IMG/VR virus record: IMGVR_UViG_3300044675_005482
Location: 1 to 64,000 of that record
Length of the DNA stretch: 64,000 nucleotides
Source of the DNA: a virus
Reading direction: 5' to 3' (one strand)
The translations under genes were made by a program, and so were the position numbers. The notes beneath the pieces were generated by a model. It was not told the origin of the DNA. It did no database searches and was given only the letters and a program-made list of their open reading frames with translations. This document shows, one piece after another, positions 57,270 to 64,000 of the stretch. Numbering within the stretch: the stretch's first letter is position 1; every line of letters starts with the position of its first letter.

Positions 57270-58192
57270 AATCAATTGGCTTAGAGATAGTTGGAGAAAC
57301 CAACAACGATTTCCTATGCTACTGCCCATTTCATTCAAATAGACATACATCAAGCTTTAGCGTAAGTCGTGAGAAAGGCGCTTTTATTTGTTTTAATCCA
57401 GCATGTGGAGAAGCTGGAACCTTATTAGATTTAGTTAAAAGAACAATGCAGAAGAATGATTTTGAGTCTATGAGGTTTATATCCTCAAAAGAAACAGAGG
57501 CATTAGAAAACTTTGATGAGCTACTTAATGATGCAGTATCAGACAAGCCTGTATTTGAAGAGTTTCCTTATGAAACCTTAGTTAAATTAAATGATGATTT
57601 GGTTACTGAATGGAAAGCCCAAAGGTACTTTGAGTCCAGAGGAATTACTATGGAGTCTGGAAAGTATTTTAATTTAGGGTATTCAAAAAATATGGACATG
57701 GTTACAGTGCCAGTTCACAGTCCAGACGGAATGCCAATTGGTATTGTAGGAAGATCAATAGAAGGAAAGTCATTTAAAAACAGCACAAACTTACCTAAAA
57801 GCAAAACTCTTTTTAATATTCACCGTGCTAAAAAGATTGGCGGAAATGTAATAGTTGTGGAGTCTAGCTTTGATGCAATCCGTGTGCATCAGGCTGGCTT
57901 CCCAAACGTTGTTGCTACCCTTGGTGGCTTTTTGTCAACAGAGCAACAGCATTTACTAAACAGATATTTTAATAAGATATTAATAATGACAGACTCAGAT
58001 TTAGCTGGCAGGCAATTAGGCTTAAGCATAGCTAATAAATTAAAGATGAAAGACCTCTTGTGGGCTTCTTACGAATATGGTAAGATATATCCACATGATG
58101 CAAAAGATGTGGGCGATATGACTGATGAAGAGATTAAAGCCTGTATTAAAAACGCTGTATCCGATATAGAATACAGATCCTGGAACTCGTGA
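57194..58192 (+). CDS. dnaG: DNA primase (CHC2 Zn finger + TOPRIM)
   Basis: CPFH..S..CF..C; GR; VES.FD; D.D.AG; KDVGD. Confidence 0.9.
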   Translation: MAIGGYNTKQVDTTQYSPAHIKSILKSIGLEIVGETNNDFLCYCPFHSNRHTSSFSVSREKGAFICFNPACGEAGTLLDLVKRTMQKNDFESMRFISSKETEALENFDELLNDAVSDKPVFEEFPYETLVKLNDDLVTEWKAQRYFESRGITMESGKYFNLGYSKNMDMVTVPVHSPDGMPIGIVGRSIEGKSFKNSTNLPKSKTLFNIHRAKKIGGNVIVVESSFDAIRVHQAGFPNVVATLGGFLSTEQQHLLNRYFNKILIMTDSDLAGRQLGLSIANKLKMKDLLWASYEYGKIYPHDAKDVGDMTDEEIKACIKNAVSDIEYRSWNS

Positions 58193-58244
58193 TATAATAC
58201 AAATACAGATGGATTTACACCATCAATTACACAAGGAGATATAA

Positions 58245-58916
58245 ATGAGTATAGTAAAAGGTCTAAAAGACTTAAACAAGGCACTAGATAAGCCAACATA
58301 CAGTGGCGGAGATGAAAACAAAGGTCGCTGGCTAAAGATTGAAGATGGCGAAAGCGTAAAGATCCGTTTCTTGCAGGAACTAGATCCAGATTCACCAACA
58401 TATAATGACAAGCTTGGTTGCGGATTTATCGCATTAGAGCACACAAACCCAAAGGATTACCGTCGTAAGGCTCTAGACACAATGGAGACCGAAGGCCGTG
58501 ACTGGGCAAACGAACAGCATCGTAAGGATCCAAAGGCTGGCTGGAAGGCAAAGACACGCCTTTACATCAACGTATTAGTAGATGACGGCAAGGAAGAACC
58601 ATACGTTGCAATCCTTTCACAAGGCACAAGTGGAAAAACAATCACACCTACTCTTATTGAGTATGCTGGCGAAATTGGAAGCATTACTAATCTGATGTGG
58701 CGCATTAAGCGTAATGGGCTTAAGACAGATACAAGTTACACAATCATTCCACTCGCAAAGGATGAGACCCCATTTGATTTCTCAGGTCTAGAATTGTTTG
58801 ATCTTGAGAAGACAGCAGTCAGACACGTTCCATATGCAGAGCAGGAAGCTTTTTATATGGGCGAAGGCGGAAGCGCAGAAGAGTCTTCTTCTACAAGCAG
58901 CAGCCTAGACTGGTAA
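58245..58916 (+). CDS. Single-stranded DNA-binding protein (gp32-like)
   Basis: DGES.KIRFL; KR.G..T.Y; acidic Ser-rich tail ending DW; position. Confidence 0.75.
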   Translation: MSIVKGLKDLNKALDKPTYSGGDENKGRWLKIEDGESVKIRFLQELDPDSPTYNDKLGCGFIALEHTNPKDYRRKALDTMETEGRDWANEQHRKDPKAGWKAKTRLYINVLVDDGKEEPYVAILSQGTSGKTITPTLIEYAGEIGSITNLMWRIKRNGLKTDTSYTIIPLAKDETPFDFSGLELFDLEKTAVRHVPYAEQEAFYMGEGGSAEESSSTSSSLDW

Positions 58917-58924
58917 CATTAAAT

Positions 58925-58968
58925 AATAGGGCCAGTCTATTGACTGGCCCTATTGTATTTAGTAGAAT
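58925..58968 (+). terminator. Terminator hairpin overlapping the -35 of the next promoter
   Basis: AATAGGGCCAGTC-tatt-GACTGGCCCTATT; TTGACT(58940)-N17-TAGAAT, 6 nt before ATG 58975. Confidence 0.75.
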
Positions 58969-58974
58969 AGCAAC

Positions 58975-59181
58975 ATGATATCATACGAAATACCAGATCC
59001 ATTTACTACATTTGTTACTAAAAAGTATCAAAACTATACTGGAATGGCTTATGATTTCTTTGCCAGAGAATGGCATTTAAAGTGTGCTTGTTGCAAAGAG
59101 GATCTATATGCACCAAACAAAAAGCTTATGACAAAGATTAGACTTTATCATACTAGAAACGAATGCACAGGCGGATATTAA
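58975..59181 (+). CDS. Small Cys/His protein
   Basis: CACC...H...C; TAATG coupling to dnaE. Confidence 0.65.
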   Translation: MISYEIPDPFTTFVTKKYQNYTGMAYDFFAREWHLKCACCKEDLYAPNKKLMTKIRLYHTRNECTGGY

Positions 59182-62100
59182 TGAGTTTTACGCACTTACA
59201 CGTTCACTCCTATTATTCATTAATGGATGGACTTAACTCACCTAAAGAATTATGTCAGGCAGCGCTAGATGCTGGACAAACTGCAATTGCAATCACAGAC
59301 CATGGTACTCTCTCGTCACACAGAGATATGCAGATTGCTGCAAAGGAAATTGGCATTAAGCCGATTCTTGGTGTTGAAGCGTACATTTCTCCAACAGATA
59401 GGTTTGACAAGTCTTCTAAAACAGACAAGAGTATTCAAGCCTATAACCATATTATTTTGCTAGCTAAAAATAAGACTGGGTTGGAGAATATTAATATCCT
59501 GCAAGAGCTTGCCTGGAACGAAGGCTTTTATCATAAGCCACGTATTGACAGAGAGGTATTAAAAGAATATGCTGAAGGTATTATTGTATTGTCTGGATGC
59601 CTTAATGGGCTTATCTCTAAGTGCATCGAAAGGAGCGAGTTTTCTGAGGCTAAACTTATTCTCAAAGACTTTAAGAAAACTTTCGGTGAAGATTTTTATA
59701 TTGAGGTTCAATCTCACAACCCGAAAGAGGTTAACGAAAAACTCTTAGAGTTGGCGGACGAGCTAAAGATTAAGGCGGTGGCAACAGGAGATGCTCACTT
59801 TGCTAAAGAAGAAGATAGAATTCTAGAAGAAGCCCTGCTCATTTTATCTACATCTCCAAAGGCAGACAAAGACACAGATTTTGATATGTCTAGAAACATG
59901 AAGAACATGTTAGATAGATTTAACTATCTTTATCCTGATCGTAGAATTTCATTCCAAGATATGAATCTATTTATCCAGAGTCGCTCTGAAATTGAGGCTG
60001 ACTTTAATAAGGCTGGAATTACTCGTAAGGATATTTACGATAATACAATAGAGATTACTAATAAAATTGGAGACTATGAATTCCATAGCGGACTAGACCT
60101 TCTACCAGTCCCAAAAACAGATGCTGATGAAAGACTAAGGTCCCTATCTGAAAAGGGCTTAGAGAGCCTTCAGAAGGCTTCAGACCCAATTTATATAGAG
60201 CGCCTAGAAGAAGAGCTCTCAGTAATTGCATCTAAAAACTTTGCATCTTACTTCCTTGTTGTAGCCGATATGATTAACTGGGCAAAAGAAAATGGCATTA
60301 AGGTTGGTCCAGGTCGTGGCTCTGCTGCTGGATCCTTAGTTTGTTATGCATTAGGAATTACAGATGTAGATCCAATTGAATATAACCTTTTGTTTTTCCG
60401 ATTTATTAATCCAGAGCGAAATGACTTTCCAGATATTGATACAGACTTTGAAGACCGTCGACGTAAAGAAGTTAAAGACTATTTAAAGAAAAGATTTAAG
60501 CATGTTGCTTCTATCTCTACATATACTTATTTTAAGGATAAGGGTGTAGTTAGAGATGCTGCTCGTGTATTTATGGTTCCGCTTCAAGAAGTTAACCGTG
60601 CAATGAAATCAATTGACACCTTTGAAGACTTTATGGAGTCTCCAAATACAAAAGAATTTAGAATGAAATACCCAGAAGTTGTTTGGCTTGCAGAGCGTTT
60701 ACGTGGACGCATTCGTTCTGTTGGAGTTCACGCTGCTGGAGTTGTGGTGGCAAAAGATGATCTTAGAAAGTATGCTCCAGTAGAATCTCGTGCAGATGCT
60801 AATGACGATGTATCTGGACGTATCCCAGTTGTTGCATATGATATGGATACAGTTGCAGATATCGGACTTATTAAGCTTGATGCACTTGGACTTAAGACTT
60901 TGTCTGTTATATCAGATACTTTGTCATCAATTAAAAAGAGAACTGGCAAAGATATTAATCTTTCTAGTCTTAAGTTAGACGATCCAAAAGTCTACAAGAT
61001 GCTAAGCGATGGTTATACCAAGGGAGTTTTCCAGGCAGAAGCAACCCCATACACCAATTTGCTTATCAAGATGGGTGTGGATAAGTTTGAAGACCTTGTT
61101 GCATCAAACGCTTTGGTAAGACCAGGAGCTATGAACACGGTTGGAGCAGCTTACATTGACAGAAAAAATGGTAAAGAGGCTGTTGATTTTAGCCATTTGA
61201 TTATGAAAGAGTTTACCGAAAACACATATGGTGTTATTATATATCAAGAGCAGGTTATGCAAGCCTGTGTGTATTTAGGTGGCATGTCTTGGTCAGAGGC
61301 TGATAAGGTCCGCAAGATTATTGGAAAGAAAAAGGATGCAAAAGAGTTCGACCAGTTCAAAGATCAATTTATTGATGGGGCTTCAAAACACATTACTAAG
61401 AAAAAAGCAGAGCAGCTATGGCACGACTTTGAAGCTCATGCTGGATATTCTTTCAACCGTTCTCACGCTGTTGCTTATTCTATGCTTAGCTATTATACTG
61501 CTTGGCTTAAGTCCTATTATCCTCTTGAGTTCATGTTTTCAGTTCTTAAAAACGAAAACGATAAAGATGCGAGAACAGAATATTTAATTGAGTCTAAGAG
61601 ACTAGGCATTAAAGTAAAGCTTCCACATGTAAATGAGTCTGAGATGTACTTCTCTTTAAAAAATGACTCGATTGTTTTTGGTTTAGCTGAGATTAAATTT
61701 ATTTCAGACAACATTGCAAATAAAATAATAGAAAAGAGGCCATATAAAAACTATGATGACTTTATTGAAAAATCATCGCAAAAAGGTAGCGGTATTAACA
61801 GCAGGGCTGTCTCTGCTCTTAATGCCATCGGTGGTGCGGCGTTTGATGATAATCCAAGACAAGGTAACGAAAAAGACAACTACTACGAATACCTAGGCAT
61901 ACCAACATTTAATTTGGACCTACCTCCAAGAATTAAATCTCAAGCACGACCTATTTCTGAATTTGATGATCTAGGTTCGTTTGTAATGTTTGGAATGGTA
62001 AAGGCAATTAAAAGAGGAACTGGCTGGGCCAGAGTAGAGCTTGTTGATGAAACAGGATCTATTGGACTATTCCATACAGAGCAAACACAAATTGAGACTG

Positions 62101-62447
62101 GGCAAATGTACTTCATCCTTGTTGGAGATAATCGTATTGCCAGATACATTAAGGTTGGAGACATTGATCCCAAGTCCGACGATTTGTTTGTAGACTACCT
62201 GTATCGTAAGGAATATGATTTAGAAGAAGATGAATATATAGTTGTTAACTTTACTCCATACAAAACAAAAGCTGGCAAAATGATGAGCCACATAGTTTTG
62301 TCTAATGCAGATAAAGAATTAACTAGAGTAATTGTTTTTCCAACTATGTACAAAATGTCTTTAGCAAAGATGCGTGAAGGAATGAAGTGTAAGCTGGTTC
62401 TGTCAAAACTTGACGACGGAACTTTAAATGTTAAGGAGATACTATAA
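59181..62447 (+). CDS. dnaE: DNA polymerase III alpha subunit
   Basis: HLHVHS.YS..DG PHP domain; TDHG; GRGSAAGS; PDIDTD; YQEQVM; GYSFNRSHA; OB folds. Confidence 0.96.
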   Translation: MSFTHLHVHSYYSLMDGLNSPKELCQAALDAGQTAIAITDHGTLSSHRDMQIAAKEIGIKPILGVEAYISPTDRFDKSSKTDKSIQAYNHIILLAKNKTGLENINILQELAWNEGFYHKPRIDREVLKEYAEGIIVLSGCLNGLISKCIERSEFSEAKLILKDFKKTFGEDFYIEVQSHNPKEVNEKLLELADELKIKAVATGDAHFAKEEDRILEEALLILSTSPKADKDTDFDMSRNMKNMLDRFNYLYPDRRISFQDMNLFIQSRSEIEADFNKAGITRKDIYDNTIEITNKIGDYEFHSGLDLLPVPKTDADERLRSLSEKGLESLQKASDPIYIERLEEELSVIASKNFASYFLVVADMINWAKENGIKVGPGRGSAAGSLVCYALGITDVDPIEYNLLFFRFINPERNDFPDIDTDFEDRRRKEVKDYLKKRFKHVASISTYTYFKDKGVVRDAARVFMVPLQEVNRAMKSIDTFEDFMESPNTKEFRMKYPEVVWLAERLRGRIRSVGVHAAGVVVAKDDLRKYAPVESRADANDDVSGRIPVVAYDMDTVADIGLIKLDALGLKTLSVISDTLSSIKKRTGKDINLSSLKLDDPKVYKMLSDGYTKGVFQAEATPYTNLLIKMGVDKFEDLVASNALVRPGAMNTVGAAYIDRKNGKEAVDFSHLIMKEFTENTYGVIIYQEQVMQACVYLGGMSWSEADKVRKIIGKKKDAKEFDQFKDQFIDGASKHITKKKAEQLWHDFEAHAGYSFNRSHAVAYSMLSYYTAWLKSYYPLEFMFSVLKNENDKDARTEYLIESKRLGIKVKLPHVNESEMYFSLKNDSIVFGLAEIKFISDNIANKIIEKRPYKNYDDFIEKSSQKGSGINSRAVSALNAIGGAAFDDNPRQGNEKDNYYEYLGIPTFNLDLPPRIKSQARPISEFDDLGSFVMFGMVKAIKRGTGWARVELVDETGSIGLFHTEQTQIETGQMYFILVGDNRIARYIKVGDIDPKSDDLFVDYLYRKEYDLEEDEYIVVNFTPYKTKAGKMMSHIVLSNADKELTRVIVFPTMYKMSLAKMREGMKCKLVLSKLDDGTLNVKEIL

Positions 62448-62647
62448 TGTCAAGCGAAGAAGAAGTTATTGCCTCGCTCAGCACAAATAAGATATTGGTG
62501 GCAATCCTAGAGTCTTTGGGTAAAGTTTCAGTACCAACCCTGACATTTTTAGATGCTTCTAATGAGGATAAAGAATTAGTTATTGACTATGACGAGGAAG
62601 GCCCGTCATTTGTTTTTAGTGTAAAGGCAAAGCAAAATAATGGATAA
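62447..62647 (+). CDS. Hypothetical protein
   Basis: Coupled ORF with AAGGAG SD. Confidence 0.65.
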   Translation: MSSEEEVIASLSTNKILVAILESLGKVSVPTLTFLDASNEDKELVIDYDEEGPSFVFSVKAKQNNG

Positions 62648-62984
62648 CAGTTTAGTTACAGACTATGGATTAGATGCACTCTCTGCAGTACTTCATGAGA
62701 CCGCTATTGAAAAAGGTTTCTGGGATGGAGATTACAGTAATGACAAAATTGGAAACAAGTTAGCACTTGTTCATTCTGAAGTTACTGAAGTGCTTGAAGC
62801 AATTAGAAAGTCTAAGGGCAGCGAACATATTGTAGAAGAAATTGCAGATATTTTAATTAGAACATTAGATGTATACGCAGCAATGAGAAATGAAAATGTA
62901 GTTGTAGATAGTCTAGATGAAATTCTAAATAAAAAGATTAATATAAATAAAGATAGGCCAAGGCTTCACGGAAACCTATTTTAA
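62640..62984 (+). CDS. MazG-like nucleotide pyrophosphohydrolase
   Basis: LVHSEVTEVLEA..EEIADILIR.LD..K..N..RP..HG. Confidence 0.85.
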   Translation: MDNSLVTDYGLDALSAVLHETAIEKGFWDGDYSNDKIGNKLALVHSEVTEVLEAIRKSKGSEHIVEEIADILIRTLDVYAAMRNENVVVDSLDEILNKKININKDRPRLHGNLF

Positions 62985-63014
62985 ATGGTATACTAGGAGA
63001 AAGAAAAGGTTAAT

Positions 63015-64000
63015 ATGAAAATAGATATCGATAGTGTACTATCAAAATTAGATCCAAAAACAAGACAAAGAGTTCAATCAGCACAAGATGTAAAAGTAGA
63101 AAAGCAATTAACGCCAAGCATTGGTTTAAACATGGCGCTCAGAGGAGGACTTGGTTACGGTAGACAAGTTCTTGTATGGGGAAATAAGTCTGCTGGAAAG
63201 TCTTCTTTTTGCTTACAAATGATAGCCCTTGCACAAAAAGAAGGAAAGACTTGTGCATGGATTGATGCTGAGGCATCTTATGATCAGTCTTGGGCAGAAG
63301 CTTTAGGAGTTGATTCTTCTAAACTAATTTATTCACCAGCAAAAACTGTTAATGACATGGTAGATGTTGCTACAAAACTTATGGATGCAGGCGTAGACAT
63401 GATCGTTGTAGACTCAATATCTGCTTTGCTACCAGCCATCTACTTTGAAAAAGATGGAAATGAAATGAAAGATTTGCAAGACACTAAGCAAATCGGCGCT
63501 GAAGCAAAGGATATGACTCACGCAGTCAAAATGTTAAACTATGCAAACAAAAACACATTACTTGTTCTCATCTCACAACAACGAAATCAATTTGGATCTA
63601 TGCATGCTTCGCACATCCCCACAGGTGGCATGGCAGTCAAGTTCTTTTCTTCCACTGTCATTAAGCTCTGGTCGTCTGAGGCTGAAGCGAATGCTATTAA
63701 GGCTGGGATTAAAGTTGGCGACAAGATCATTGAGCAAAGAGTCGGAAGGCCAGTTAATTGGATTATTGATTACAACAAACTCGGCCCCCCAAATCTATCA
63801 GGACAATACGACTTTTACTACCAAGGGGAATCTCTTGGTGTAGATTATGTTGGAGAAACTTTAGATGTTGCTGAAATGGTTGGAGCAATTGAAAAGGGCG
63901 GAGCTTGGTATACTGTCAATGGAGAAAGACTTCAAGGACGTGCAAAAGCTGTTCAATATCTTCGTGATAATCCTGAAGTAGTTTTAAAACTACAGGAGGA
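63015..64000 (+). CDS. recA: RecA/UvsX-like recombinase (runs off the window end; not in the ORF track)
   Basis: Translated by hand: TPSIGLN.AL.GG..GR; Walker A GNKSAGKS; WIDAE; LGVD; IVVDSISAL; ISQ.R; TGG.A. Confidence 0.92.
   Translation, partial: MKIDIDSVLSKLDPKTRQRVQSAQDVKVEKQLTPSIGLNMALRGGLGYGRQVLVWGNKSAGKSSFCLQMIALAQKEGKTCAWIDAEASYDQSWAEALGVDSSKLIYSPAKTVNDMVDVATKLMDAGVDMIVVDSISALLPAIYFEKDGNEMKDLQDTKQIGAEAKDMTHAVKMLNYANKNTLLVLISQQRNQFGSMHASHIPTGGMAVKFFSSTVIKLWSSEAEANAIKAGIKVGDKIIEQRVGRPVNWIIDYNKLGPPNLSGQYDFYYQGESLGVDYVGETLDVAEMVGAIEKGGAWYTVNGERLQGRAKAVQYLRDNPEVVLKLQE

Noticed and set aside
58208-58224. GATGG/CCATC hairpin in the SSB leader (possible gp32-like autoregulation)
   Set aside because: Only 5 bp with no evident pseudoknot; too weak to support.
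59181-62447. Inteins or introns in dnaE, nrdJ, dnaB or recA
   Set aside because: Lengths and motif spacing look continuous; no intein block A/G seen.
63541-63843. 100-aa ORF in the track
   Set aside because: Out-of-frame overlap inside the RecA-like CDS that starts at 63015.
1-64000. Terminase, integrase, tRNAs, rRNA
   Set aside because: None recognised in this window; they may lie elsewhere in the genome. tRNAscan was not run.

Overview
This window is 64 kb of an AT-rich, long-tailed dsDNA (siphovirus-like) phage genome. The host is probably actinobacterial, inferred from the holin type, class II RNR, DnaE and many apparently leaderless genes. Layout: (1) a minus-strand block with two GT61-like glycosyltransferases and a lytic transglycosylase; (2) a GT4-like glycosyltransferase, class II ribonucleotide reductase and holin; (3) a ~19 kb fibre/decoration block placed upstream of the head genes; (4) portal, protease/scaffold, major capsid, neck, tail tube, tail chaperones with a -1 frameshift, tape measure and tail tip; (5) replication genes (DnaB, primase, SSB, DnaE, MazG-like, truncated RecA-like). 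The stand-out is 17460-24224. An FN3 protein carries 27 uninterrupted FF[S/G/T]PPx hexapeptides fused directly to a C-terminal Hint (Hedgehog/intein) domain with non-canonical catalytic motifs. It is immediately followed by a separately promoted operon of five prolyl-4-hydroxylase-like 2OG-Fe(II) oxygenases and two DUF6065-like paralogues. This looks like a phage-encoded protein/peptide modification system (substrate, autoprocessing domain, tailoring enzymes), possibly linked to the three glycosyltransferases. All product calls come from motif recognition by eye; no database searches were run.
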